From positions 930,001 to 994,000 of the forward strand of contig NC_081333.1 of NCBI RefSeq assembly GCF_022539665.2: 64,000 nucleotides of DNA, in the 5' to 3' direction. Source of the DNA: Daphnia carinata. Lineage: Eukaryota. Positions within the stretch are counted from its first letter, which is position 1. Every line of letters starts with the position of its first letter. Below, piece by piece: positions 35,317 to 49,580 of the stretch. The notes under the pieces were generated by a model. That model was not told where the DNA came from. It did not search any database and saw only the letters and a list, made by a program, of their open reading frames with translations. A program made the position numbers and the translations under genes.

Positions 35317-38300
35317 TCACCTCTGCCTTCTTCCTTTTTCTTTAAAAACTGGATTCTTCCGCCTGCTTATTTTTGATCCCGAATGTCACAAAGTCAAGTA
35401 TAGTTGCAAAGACATTCGAACAAAACAAAGAAAAAATGGATCAAAATCGTTGGAATCCCCGAGTCACTGTGATTGGCGACGTGCGGAAATGCCTCGAGCC
35501 TCCCCTTCTGACAAACTGACATTTTTTTTTTAGAGGGGGACACATCAATGGAGAGAGAACTGCCGAGTCTATTACTTGGTAATTAGATTCAATTTTGTTT
35601 TGTCGTCTTGAAAGAAAAAATAATTAAAAAGTCGTGTATCATATGGAAAATACCACAATGCAGCATATGCCTTCGACGATTCGAATAGAATCAACCATAT
35701 AATAATAAAACAAAAAATTCCTCCTTTGTTCTTGTAAAATACGAGTCTTTTCATATCTGGAAATTACTGATTTTTTTTTTTCTTCTTTAAAACTTAAAAA
35801 AAAACAAAAACAACAAAAAAATGGTTTAATGTTTGTAATGACGTCCTCCTTTTTTTTTATTATTTGTGTTGTTGCTCTGTACAGTACCACCTTCTACACA
35901 TGTGATTGTGTGGCTGAAAAATAAAGGCTCATGCAAATTACACTTCATTGTTCTACGAGAGAATGGAAGAGAAAAATGATTACTCGTCTCGTAAATGGTT
36001 TGAAATTGTCACGCATACCTTGACCCGCATTTCGTCTGTTGGGTGGGCAAAAACGATAGAAACTCGACGCCGTTGTGAAAAAGAGAAATATACTCTTGAC
36101 TTGAAAAGAAAAAAATTTCGTTTCGAAAAATGGACGTTAAATCAAGCGTTGCCGGGGCGCTAAAAAAAGGAGAAGTGAAGAGGAAGAGGCGCGGCCATCT
36201 TGGGTCTCGAAATGTTCTCAAGTTACTCGGTTCTGTGTGTCGAAGCTAGACAGTGTGCAACACGATCCAACGAGTCAATCCCTCAGAAAGGAAAAAGTTT
36301 TATTATCCGAGACAAGAGTTTCGCATTGTGTGTTCCTTTTTCTCTCTCCAATCAACTCTCGCTTGTTTTTTTTTTCTTTCTAAGCAGACGAATTTTTTTT
36401 TTTTTACATCTTCTCACGCTAAGTCCGTCCATTTTGTCCCCACGTTTTCACTTTGAAAATAATAAGCATACGCTTCTTCTTCTTTTTTGCGTGCGAGCTT
36501 CTGTTTAGTACACGCGGGTGAAAGTTTGGGTCTGACACGTTTAATGAAAAGTTTTCAAAAAAAATGCCCCCCCCCCTTAAAAAAAATTAGCATACGAATG
36601 TGGTAATTAAGCTGGACTTTAATGAGGCCTTCATCTTCTTTTTTTAACGGGTCTTTTTTCTTCTCTTCTTCTGGAAAACATGTTGCGCGCTGATTGCAGG
36701 TACGTCACACACAGTAGATGTCCTTACACACCTGAGACAGGCAAACAACACAAGGAAATTACGGAGGAATGCGCGCGCACACCGACGTGGTATACAAGAG
36801 AACGGGGGGGTCCATCTTGCAGCCGTGATGATTATATCGGTCCCCCCCCCTTCTACAACTTTTTCTTCTTCTTCTTCTCGAGTTCTTTTTTTTTCTTTTT
36901 TTCTCTTTTGAGGGTGCGCAGTCAACCAGATGCCTTTAACCTGTCTCGTCTGTTTTCTCTCTTTTTCAACTGCTGTTATTTTGAATATCTCCACCACCCC
37001 CACCGAACCCAAAAGTCCCAGAAAAAAAAAAAAAGAAAAATCTCACACCATTTTTAATGTTTTTAAAAATTTCATCTTCTTATCAACCGGCAAATAAGTT
37101 CCATTTTTTTTTTTTTTGGATGACTTATCACTTTGGATTATAAGCGATACTCGTGTATTTTGGAATGTTGTCGACACCCTCCGAAATATAACGCGATTTT
37201 CTTAAAAAATATATCGTTAAAAAAAAAAATCGGTATATACCTGAGCTCGAGTGTTCCAGGGAATTTTCCAGTCACATTACCCAGAATCATTCAGTCTCAT
37301 CATTGAGGCAAAATGTTATTTTCTTAAATGCATTTATATGTACACTGAAACGTTAAGTCTTTCAATAGACAGGAAGTTCAATACATTTATATATCTTTTT
37401 AGATTTTATTTTCTACTTCGAATGTGTTTGAAAAACTCTTGTTATACCTGAGCCCCGGTTTTTCTCTATACAATAGGGTACATTTATTCTGGCAAAGAAT
37501 CCGAGGAAAGAACAAGGGAATTGGTTTTGCTACCTGAGATTGCCGAAGAAAAAGAAATCTATGGGTACATAGAAGAAGAAGAAGAGGGGGGATAGGTAGG
37601 GGGTTGCATCTGAAGAAGCCAAAGAAGAAGCAGCAGCTAATCTATCAAAGTGGACAGCTTCCACTGGAGCAGCCGAAACAACTCGAACCTTTTTTATTTA
37701 AAAGTATTCAGTCATTCTCCTATAAAGTTCCTTCTTCCCGGGGCTATGTACGAGCCTCGCATTCCATTTGATTGTGAACGCAACGGATTGCGCCCACCTT
37801 TAGACGTTCAGACATTTTATTTATTTTTTTTTTTTTTTCGAAATTCTTGGACTGTTGCGCAGGAATGCGCCGCTATCTTTTGACCGTAAATCAATTCCTT
37901 TTAACCCGTTTTTGATTGAGCTATGAGAATAATGCTCGCCTCAAAAGAGATGTGCCGTACGTAATTAACTCTATAACAGTTGCCACTAAAAAGAAAGAAT
38001 GATAACGTCACGCTAAACGAGTTAGATGGACCCCAAAAAGGCGATTTACGGATGGCTTAATTCACGCTCTTCAACCTGTTTAGATGACGCAATACTAATA
38101 GGTAATTTAACTTTGTCTTTTTTTTATGGCCAACTCACGTTTTGCTTGTAGACGGACCTATTTTAATTCGAATATTTCTTTTTAACGATGGACAAAAAAA
38201 AATGTGTTTTATGTAAATTTGTGTTTCATAGTGCAAACGAAAAGGTGAATTTCATTCGCATTTCAAGTTTGAAGAAGAATAAAGTCACACATCGTATGAA

Positions 38301-41300
38301 TATTCAAAAGAGTTGAAATAACTCAATCAATGCTGGCCATTAGCTCCTCATCATGGCAACCCTCCGCACTCGTATATGTAATTTATAATGTAATGAGCTC
38401 CAGATTATAGAACATAATTGGCTTGAAGAGCTTTAAGGCAGCCATTATCTCAATAGGATCAAAACCACAATGATGAAACAAAAAAAAAAATAATAATCTG
38501 CTGGTAGGGGGACATGACGTTAGTTCAGTCTAATCATCATAATAACGGACGCATTCTTTTCAGACGCAAAAGAAACGAGTTTGATAGCTCAATACGCTTA
38601 GTTACACTATTCGGCAACAATCAATGTGACAAGCGAAAAAGAAAACATTCGATATGCTAATATCTGGTATAGAGTGTGGGAAACTCAAAAGCTCTCAAAA
38701 GGCTCGTTATACGCTTCATTGACAATATTGTAACGAATCAATGGTCGGGCTAATAATCGATGGCTGCTAACCTGCAACGATGTTTTTTTTTATTATTAAA
38801 ATATATGGAACAAAAAGAAAAGAGTTTTTTTTTTATGGTTCATTAGACAACGAAGAGATGACGATGTAATTAGTCTGTTATTTCATCCATATTATAAAAT
38901 TCAAGCGGCAAAAAAACAAAAAAAACGTTATGAAAATCAAAGAAAAAAGACGTGAGAAGCGAATTAACCTGGCCAAATAACGCCCGAGGGTTCATCATTT
39001 CAATCAAGGTAAAAAAAAAAAGCTTGAAACATTCCCGGACATTAGCGTATAAAATTATCTCATAGCATCTAATGATTCATCCAGTTAATCAAACTGATAG
39101 CCAAAAAAGTTAACTGATCAAACATTTTGGCTAATGGCTTTTGGCGTTCCTACGAGATAGGGAAACGATACGTTCGGCATGTAATAAAAGAACACGACAG
39201 CTGAAGGGACACATCCTTGTCACGCACAACGTCTGTTTTGTGTTCTTCGTCTTGGCCTCAAGAAAAAAAAAAGGTTATCTGATGTTTTTTTTTTCTTTTT
39301 TTTTTACCTTTCTGGCCGACTGTTTTCACTGAGGTCTATAGTGTTTGTGATGGTGGCACACTGAATATACAAGCAGGTGGCCAGTGTGAGTGAAACAGAG
39401 ACTATATCTCCCCCCCCCCTCTCTCTCCTACCCGACTTCATATTATAATTATACCACGGACCGTTTTCTTCTTGGCTTCTTACATACCGTCACAAGTCCA
39501 TATTTTTTATTTTTTTTTTTTAGAATGTGGAGACTGAACCCCCGCCCCCCCCCCCCCTATAGTCAAGTATATATATATATATACTCTTGTAGGCTACATA
39601 ACGTATTAAAACTTGAAAGAAATAATAATTTTCGGTCACTTTGTGTGTGCGCCCCCCGTTTTTTTTTCTGTTTCGAAACTTAAAAAAAAATTTTTTTTAG
39701 TGTTGATATCCCACGGTTTATTTGATGACGGCAAGTTGTGTTGATAATCCTTAATTTTTAAAAATTGTATTTTGCTGGCTAACTTTCAATTGGGCGAACT
39801 CCAAATGGACACCAATGGCTGACGACGAATCAAACGAATTTGGTGATAGGATTGACATAATTTTGATCGATTTTCAAGTAATTTTAAAGAATGAATCAAT
39901 ATTCTCAATTCGATTTTAAAATTTCAAAAATTGTTCCTCCCAAACAAAGAGAGAAGGGAACTGCAAACTGCTGGCAGTTCAAACGATGGCTTATAGCTAT
40001 TACGAGCTATTATATGGAAAGAGCTGGTTAAAGCCGACATCTATAAATACTGTAGGGGTACTTGACCAACTTGATTGGGGGTGTCCCATTCGAAATAACT
40101 TTTAACCAACCATTGGCTTATTTTCACGACTCGAGTCGTTTCTTTCTTTTTTTGGGGTGGGATTAACGAGACCGCTTGTCGACGGGGCGGCAATTAACCT
40201 TATGGGGAATCTCACAGATGCCAAGCGTCTCCTCCATATCAGCTGCAAAGCTTTTTCTTTTATTTAAAGATGGGACATTAAAATAAAATACTGGAAAAAC
40301 GCTGCTGTTCGTTTTTATGAACTGTTAATACTTTTGAGGAATTAAGAAAAAATTGTGATTAAAATTCGGTTGGTACTGATGCGAAATGCGTGTGATCGGC
40401 CGATATCGTACTGTTGAAAATTTGAATAATATCGAATTCGGGTAGAGCGCATTAACTCGAAAAAGCGGGATGACCTTCAACAGATCAAACGAAACGTCGT
40501 TATATTAAGAGAAAACTTTGATAAGGGTGACATGACGAGTTTCCTTATACAACCGGAATTAAGAAACAACGACCTTCCACAATCTTATATGATTTCCGCT
40601 CATTATTCAAACGACGAAGTCCAATAAAAAAAAAAAATATATATTGTCGGCCTCGTTCCGAGACTTTCTTCAACCTTATAAACACCCGCCACACACACAA
40701 AAGAGAAAAACAAACAAACAAAAATTGTTATTTTTAATTGATTGTAAAAAGAAAAAAAATATTCTATTGTCCGTCATCGTCTTCTCGTTTTTCTTTTTCG
40801 AAAAATGTGTTTTTGTCGTGGCCAAAAAAAAAGTGTTCGTGTGACACAAAAGAAATACCAAAAACCAAATACATCTCCGTGTGACGACAAGAGGACCCCT
40901 CCTATTCCCCCCCCCCCATCCCTTCTGGAGGAGGGGTTGAACAATCGCAAGTACGATCATTTCAAATCAAAAGAATATAATCAACCGTTTCGAAGAGAGG
41001 GAGCCCCAAGAAGAAGGGTCTGAGAAAAAATCTTCTCCCCCCTTGAAAAAAAAAAAAAGACCGGCATATATGGAAGAAAAAGAATAGGAAGAAGGGGGGG
41101 GGGGGCTCAAAGACCTTCTTCCATTTCGTACAAGATTCAACATAAAGGAAGAGGCAGGTTTGGCAAAGTGAAAAGAGAAAGAAAAGAGGGGGGCCTCAAA
41201 GAAGACGAAAAAGATTCTTTCCAGAGAGAGAGAGCGTGAGATCTGCGGGATCCCCTTCTCTTAGACACCGCACGGTTACACACAGAGGTCGCAGCTTCTT

Positions 41301-43365
41301 TTCATGACGGTGGAGATTCTTCATCCCCCTCTTTTTTTTTTCTTTCTATTTGTTAAGCGTTGAGCTTCTTGGGTTCCTTTGTGGTTTTTAGACCGAACGC
41401 GTCGAGCAAAAACGTGCGAAGAAAATGCCTATTTCTCAAATGGCGGCAACGTTGCTGTGGTTTGCCGCAGGCCACGGCGCCATCTTGAGAACAACGAAGA
41501 ATTGGATGATAAAGAAAACGTTTTCAGCCGGTAAACAAACCCAAAAAGTATAACGAGTTTTTCTTTTTCTTGTTCAAACGTCTAATCTTGTTTTTGTTCG
41601 ATGTGATCTCCGAATGATGATGGGATCCAACATGTTTCTCCCTGCCGATCGGTGTTACATTCTTCGCTTAATCTCTTTCACATCCAAGTGTTCTCTTTCA
41701 CACACACAAAAAAACATCCAGTTCTTGGAAGACATTGATGATAGTTCACCTGTATTCCCCTTAGAATGTCTCTCTAGTGACATGATGGCAAACAATGAAG
41801 AATAAAAAAAAAACATGTGTGGACGGAAACAAACAAGATGGCGATATGCCCAAAGGAGCACGAGGATAGACTCCCTTTTCTCGGAACATTCAAAACCAGG
41901 TGCAACATATTTTGGACGGTAATCACACGCAGGTGTAACATACGACTTTAATATTTTTGTTTCTTTCCACGTCATCGCTAATCATTTCAGCATCGAATTT
42001 CCGCCATTTCTTTTTCTCGCAACGCCATTTTTTTCATATGCAAATGAGTGACAAAACGTCATGTTTTTTTCCGCTCAAAGACAGTTCGAAAAGGTCATGT
42101 GAACCAGAGAAAAACTGTCCCATAGAGTCAAAAAGCCGCCATGTCCCCCTTTCCTCTTAAAAAATATCTACACATATTTTTATATTTTTTTTTGAAAAAA
42201 AAAAGGGGGGAGGGATTTCCTTCACCCCCTCCCGCTTTTTTTAAGCAGAGAAAAATGATGGGTTTTTCTTTGTACGTGTAGAGAAAAAAAAAAACGGGGT
42301 AGAGAAGAGATGATGATGACCACTTCTTCTGACTTTGTGTGTGTAGGCCTCAACGGCTTTTCACTAGCCATATCTAAGCAGCCCGTCGAATACTGGAGAG
42401 CAACAAAAAAGAAAAAGGCTTAATCCATCCTGTTTCCCACGTTCACATCCGTCACAAGGAATGAACAATGTTCTACATGGATATGTTTAGCATCTAAAAG
42501 ACACACAAAAACGTGCGGTACTCATAATTACGGACAGTCCATTATTCAAAACCAGCTTCGATAATGATCAACCATGGCCTTATTAGCGAATGTTGGTTGT
42601 CCAAAAAACAAAAGGAAGCGAACTGTTGTGGATTAAGCAGACGAAAAAAAAATGTCTGGTTTGATCAAGACGATGACGTCACTAGTTCCGCACAGTTAGC
42701 ATGGGAATGGAGAGACGACCGAGTCTCAGGAAACGGATAGAGGAACTGGGTATTCCGGTTCTCACATCATCTCTCATGAACGTTACCACGAGTTCCCGAA
42801 AAAGAGAGACACGGTTACCCGTGGAAAAAATGTACATAGGGGGTTCACACCTCCCCTCGAAAAATCATGCCCCGTTTGAAAAAGAGGGACGGGGATACAC
42901 ACACAAAAAAAAAGCCTCTCTTTTTATGATCTCCCCTCCACGGCCGACAGCATTCCCTGCCTCTTCTTCCCATCAACCCTCAAAGTACACACACACATTT
43001 TGACAATGAGGATCGATAACGAACTGGCAATTTTTTTTAACGGACACTCTCACTGAAAAACAGACGTTTTTTTTTGTCAAAACGCGCCACGCTAATTGAA
43101 ATCTTTTAATAATCAATTTGTAAGTATCGGGGGGGGGGGGGGGAATGAATGTTACTAATTAGCCAATTATTTTGAAGAAAAAAAAAACATTTATGGTTGG
43201 GAGCTGCGGAGGAATCGATGATCGGGAAATGCTGACACGAGATTGGGAAGACAAACGGCGCGTGATTCGAAAGTTTTGGTGAAAGAAAATGCGTGCCCAC
43301 TTCCCCTATACAGAAAATCAAACGGCTTGTACTTATCAAGGAGAAAGAGAGACGCTAGAGAGACG

Positions 43366-43581
<216 letters not shown>

Positions 43582-46500
43582 TAGTGTGGGAAACTCGTAA
43601 GTCACGCCGGATCTGATATCGCCACGTCGTGAAAAATACTGCCGCGCTCGGACGTGAAAAATTTATTTCTCAACAACAACAACAACAAGAGGGTCGGTGG
43701 GAAAAGTATATATATATAAGCAAGACAAATATTCTTGTGAAATCTTGAAATAGCCATCATTCAATGCACAGATAAATATATATCCCTTTACTGGGGGGAG
43801 AGAACACGTCCATGCGATTTTTTTAACAAATGGCCTCTTATGTTGCTGAAAGGCGTTTCGCGTATCGTTGATCGGACATTTGAGATGAATTTTAAGAACT
43901 TGTCACCCCCCTTTATCGACTTTTAGGACAAATTGCAATTCGATATAACAACGTGGATGATGGGCGGAATCGATCATGTTTGCATACGCCCAAGGCTGAA
44001 CCGGTTATGAGTCGTCTGCTTTTCAAGTGCAACGTGGGACGATTAGCATTTGGATTTGGTCAAATTCAATTCGCCACACGCAATATTGATTGGTTGAACA
44101 TTATTTTTAAAAAACGAATGTTTGGAAAAAGAAATTCATTATTGAAAAGGTTGGCAAAGGTCTTGGGAAAATATCGGCCTGTGTGAGAACTTTTTTTTTC
44201 TCCCTTTGAAAAGTACCGTACTGCGGCATTTCGTTTTTTGGTGAGGGTTTTTAAATTGGTGGTGGTCTACGCACGTCTTTGGTGTCGTGGGGCCAAAAGA
44301 AGTTGGGGTCTGGAGGAGAGGGGGGCGCCGCCGAGGAGTCTCGAACACACACACACACACACCGACCGAAGAAAAAAGAAAATGTTCAATGTTTTTATTT
44401 TTCGAAGAAAAAAAAAATAAAAACCCGTCTTTCCATCTGCCCAACTGAAGCCGCCATTTTGAACTAGAAATTCGAACATTTTTTTTTCTTTTCGACGGCC
44501 ATTTCCGAACGCGTAAGGTGTTTGAGGTGGACACACAGAAAAGAATTTTATGAATTAAACAAAAAAAACAAAAAATAAAGTCGTGAGAGAGAACCAAACA
44601 ATTTTTTGTTCAATTGATCTTGATTTTGTCAAGGTCACAGCGTCGCCATTTGCCTTCTACATTCCAACCGTTCTGGTGAGGCCAACCACTTGTCGTCGGC
44701 ATGGGTCCCCCCCATTTATTTTTGTTGTCGACGCAAAATCAGCAACAAAAAAAAAAATGCTTTTTGTTCGTCCCGCGTGAAAATTCCGACCGAATTTCTT
44801 TCTGCGACCTTGATCAATTCAACGGGCCGTGGGATTTGTTCACCGTCGGTAGCTACGTCGAACGTTTTTCTTTTCTCAAGCCTCAAAACTATTCCTTTAT
44901 GTTGGCTTACAAAAGAAAAAAAAGGAAATGGATGCAACGCACTCTAGCGGCCGATCGGAAAAGCCGTTGGGTCGCTCCTCTTTGCAATGTCTGATTCAAG
45001 ACCAGTTCCCACGGTTTTTCGTTTGGCTCGACGCTCATACACACACACACACACACACATTTTCTCCTTTCTATTTTTCTCCAATTTTCACGAATCTTTT
45101 AAAAGAAAAATAACAAATAAATAAATAAATTTAAAGAAAAAAAAGGAACGTGAAGATATTATCGATTACTTAAATTATAACTGACGGATCGATTAGAGGG
45201 GAATCTTTGGATAAGAAAGAGAGACGATGTATCCATTTTCATGGGGAGGTAGAAAAGGGGATTGAAGAGAGAGAGAGAGCGACTAAAAAAAAAGAAAGAA
45301 ACCCTCTGGCCGCGTCGACAGGTCCAATTAGGCAATGGTCAAATAATCATGATTGTAAATCAAACAGACGAACAAAACGGCCGGCCTCTCATCTCTCCAA
45401 CGAAGAGGAGGAGGAAAAAGAAAAAAAAATGTATTTAAAAAAAGAAAAAAGGATGATCTCTCAGGTCACGTGACTTTTCCTCATTTTCGCGGCCCCCCGT
45501 GGGAAATTTTGCGTCGATCTCAACTCGTGGGAAATCAACGAATGAATAAAAAAACGAGCCAAGGAAAACATCTTCGATACGAATGGTCGATCCCGTTGAA
45601 GGTACACGATGGGCACGCGACTCGAAACTTGCCAATAAACTGAGCAGTCACCCTTCATTTTCGAAGGGGGAGGGGGGAGTTTCGTGTCAACAAAAAAGTC
45701 TCATTGAGCAGCGTCGTTCACGGTAATTTAGTTCACAACATCTAGCGTCCCTCTGATTAAGAGCTTCCCTTTCAATGTGGACAAAAACAATTGATTCGAG
45801 TGTCGCTTCAAGGGATTTGAATGAGCACTTTTTTTTTCGTGGCCTTGGATTAGCGTCTTGGAGAAGAAAAAAAAAGAAGCGGTTGCCATGACTACGTCGG
45901 CAAGAAGACCGTGGGAAAAAGAGAAATTTCATTTTTTTTCCCCTTTTCTTCAACGGTTCCTCCGATTCTTCGCTGGATGGTCGTAAAATATAAAAAAAGG
46001 CCCTTTTTTTGTACCGAAATGTTGCGACTCCTGTCTTTCCTTTTTTTTTGCATCACGACGCATACACACTGAATCGGAGAGAAAACAGTTTCCATTTCTT
46101 TTTTTTTTCGCCAATTGTCAATAAATCAAAATCGGTGAACGTTGCCAAATTTCTGATTTTCTTTTTTTGTTTGTGGGAAATTTATGCAACGGTCTCCATA
46201 TATGAAACATTGTTAGTCTTATTTCTTTTCTGTTTTTTCGATGGAATGTCGAGGGATATTGAGTTCTATAAATTGAGTGAACGCGGTCAAGTGGAAAAAT
46301 GGATCCAATGCGCATTAACTGCCAGTCAACATGCAACGGTTTCTCGGCATGCCAAGAATCGTTTCCCATTTTTTCCTTATTCTTCCCAATAGCCGTTTCA
46401 AATTTCTATCATAGCGACGACATTCGTGGTGGTTGCCAACTCGATTGATGGCATAGAAAATTCCAATAATATCCCATATCTAATACACGAATTCGTCGAA

Positions 46501-49500
46501 GGAGAATGAAAGAAAAAAGAGCCGGATGTCTATACAGCATAGTTATTTGAAAATGTCAAGATTTTGTGGCCTTCTTGGCATTTGTTAAAAAGAATAACAA
46601 AAAGGAAAAGCTTTGAACATTTCTTCGTCGAGGCGGTTAATTTTTGCCATGACGCTCTCAATACGAGACTATTATCAGAAAGTCGGGATCTTTGGAACGA
46701 AGGGGAAACAAAAAAAATTATATTTCCCAGTGTATCGTTTTACCTGTTATCCGCTTCCCCAACGAAAATGCGGTTGGCATGCCACATCAAAAGGATGACA
46801 GGGGCATACAAAAAATTATGCAAGAATAAGAAAAAGTATTGAATAACGACTTGGTGGTCTGAAATGCATTTCAAGTCCTTTTTTTTTCTATCCTCCCCAT
46901 TTAAAAAAAATTTTAATTATGTCGATGGGACTAAACAAACATCGATACTCGGTAATAGTTGATGATGGGGTTTGAAACCGTGTCTCAACAGACGTCGGCT
47001 GTATACTGATCAAACGAGCGTGTCTCATCGTCACGCACACACACACATAGTGTTGTTGTGTTTTGATGGGATATCGTGATTGCACGTTTTCCGCTAGCGA
47101 TGATGGTGATCCGTGGTAAACGTGCACGATCATCTCCCACGATAAATAGCCAATGAATGACGTCAAAAATCTACTCGGAGGTGGCCTATTTTGAATAATC
47201 AATGCGTGTGTGTGTGTTTCTGTCTAACGGACTTTCCCACGCCAGACGGAGTGTCTATCGGTTAGAGGGTTGATTTGAACATCCGATTGAAAACGAAGGG
47301 GGGAGAGGGAAGAAAAATAAAACAAGCCTCGTGCCATTGCTCACACGTGCAATGGCACGTGTGACGACCGGTATCTTCTATCCCAACTGCTCGTTACATA
47401 TTGGAACACCCCCGCCCCACCCTTTTTCCGGGGGTCTCTCCCCTTCTCTTGATTTCTTTTTATAGATCCATTGAATCTAACCGATTTCCGCCCAACTGCT
47501 GGTACAGCACACGCTGCACCCTCCTTCGACTTGAATGGAAAACAACGGACCAACAACAATCCCCCCTCCCCCAACGGCTGTCGGCATCTCCAATAGACGA
47601 CCTAATGGCATTTCCGTTACAGCTTCCGTTTTTTTTTTTCGATTCACATCCTCCATTTTCGAAAAAAAAAAAAAACGCCGTTTCCCTTTTAATAAACGTT
47701 CATTGAACGAAAACAGTTTTGCCCGGACGTGACGATGTTGTTGGCCATGAGATGAATGTTTAATGCATTGTCGACATTCTTAATTGAGGCTTTTCAGGGA
47801 TAAAACTAAAGTCACCCCCCTGGACCGTTTCTATGAAATGTGAAACATTTTATCAGGGAAATGACGTAACATTTTGCGGTTGTGCCTTTTTAAAAACATT
47901 TGGCTCTCCGTTGGGAACAATCGGCACTAAACAACAAAGGGGTTTTGAATATTCGCAAATGTATACTTGTACGATTTCTACTTTCATGACATAGCTAGGT
48001 AGTGTTCAATGCGTAATGAAAGGTCATACAACATGCCTGCATAAGATCACTGCTTTCTGCAATAACAGTGCGTTAAAAAATGCACAACTCAAAATAAATT
48101 TGAAAGCACAACATTTTTGCACAGCATGAAATCACACGAAATTCCACTTTAGCAATGAACCGTCTGATCACGTGTACACTAACGATCAAAAAGAAAAAAG
48201 AGAAATGGTTTTTTTTTTTCAAAATGAAAAACCGTGAGAAAAACAAACGAACTTTATGGGAACCTTTTTTTCTATCAATGATGATTCAAGCCACTAGATG
48301 GCTCCTCGGTTTTTGGCGCCTGGGGAACTTAGATCATGAATTCACTCAATGCAAGCTTGGGTCAATAAAAAAAAAGTTCAAAGGGTATTCGTTGGAAACT
48401 CAAGATTTGAAAAACAACGTAAATTTCGTGGCCATTTTCAAGAAGAGCATTGAAAACAAAGCCGAATCATGCCAAACAAGTGCAAAATATGAAAAGCTCA
48501 TAGAATTCCTAACTGGATTTTTCAGCTTTGTGGTTCAGTAGATAACATAGAAGTTAAACTGACGGCCTTAATCTACCGTATACATTGAACGTAAATCGAC
48601 CTATGTGATTCAGCTGGATGGTGTACGTAATACGACTTCTTTTCTGTGGTCTAACCTCTCTCGATTTCGATTGCGTTTCGAGTTTTTTAAAATCAATTTC
48701 TAAAAAAAAAATAAATGATAGATGGAAATAAGCCTACCTTATATGACGAAAGGGAAATAGCGAATATTGTGGATTCTACTCCGACGACTGCTTTCTCGAT
48801 GCTCCAAGATGGATGGCATGGCGATTTGAACGATGAAAGCACTGCTGATGAGAAAGCCGAAGGGAAAAGTAACAGAATATCAATAGAAATCCAAAGAAGA
48901 AAATTCTGAAAGAAACAAGAAGTTCAAATGTAGCTTAACTTATAATCGTCGAATCAAACTGATTACCTTAGAGGTGGACAAGCCCCGTGAACCACGTGGC
49001 GCCTGTCGCATGGGGATGGTGTCTATCACAAGGGAACAGTAAGAATATCAGGGCCCTCGCTTCTAAAACGAATTTTCAGGCAGGTATGTCTTTGTCTTCT
49101 CACATATTTTCTGTTGTATATCAAAAGGACGATTTATAGTCCCATTTAAAAAATCACGTAACGTTTTGTGAGAAACGGTTGAGTCATCAAGATCTCAATC
49201 TGCACACTCGGCGCCAAAAAGGGTACTGTCGCTGCTAATGAGAGTAAGACAATAGGTTGACCAGGGATGCCAATCATATAGATATATGCCGCTGGCCCAC
49301 TGCCAATTTGCTTTCAGATTAACACGTCATTGAAAGTAGTATTATGATTTTTTGAATAAGCAAATTTCTTTATCAACTAATTTTTATTTTACTTAAGATT
49401 CGACACAGGTGAAAACGAAGGGAAAAGTATTTACAGGAAGTTAAAGGAAGTAGATAGTTTCGTTACCGCTAGATGGCTGACCTGAAATTGCTTTTTTCAA

Positions 49501-49580
49501 CCGGCATTGTAACAGAAGTTAAAAACGTGTGAAATTGGTGATAGTTTCGTTTTCTGTAGGAAAATTTCGTTGATTTAAGA

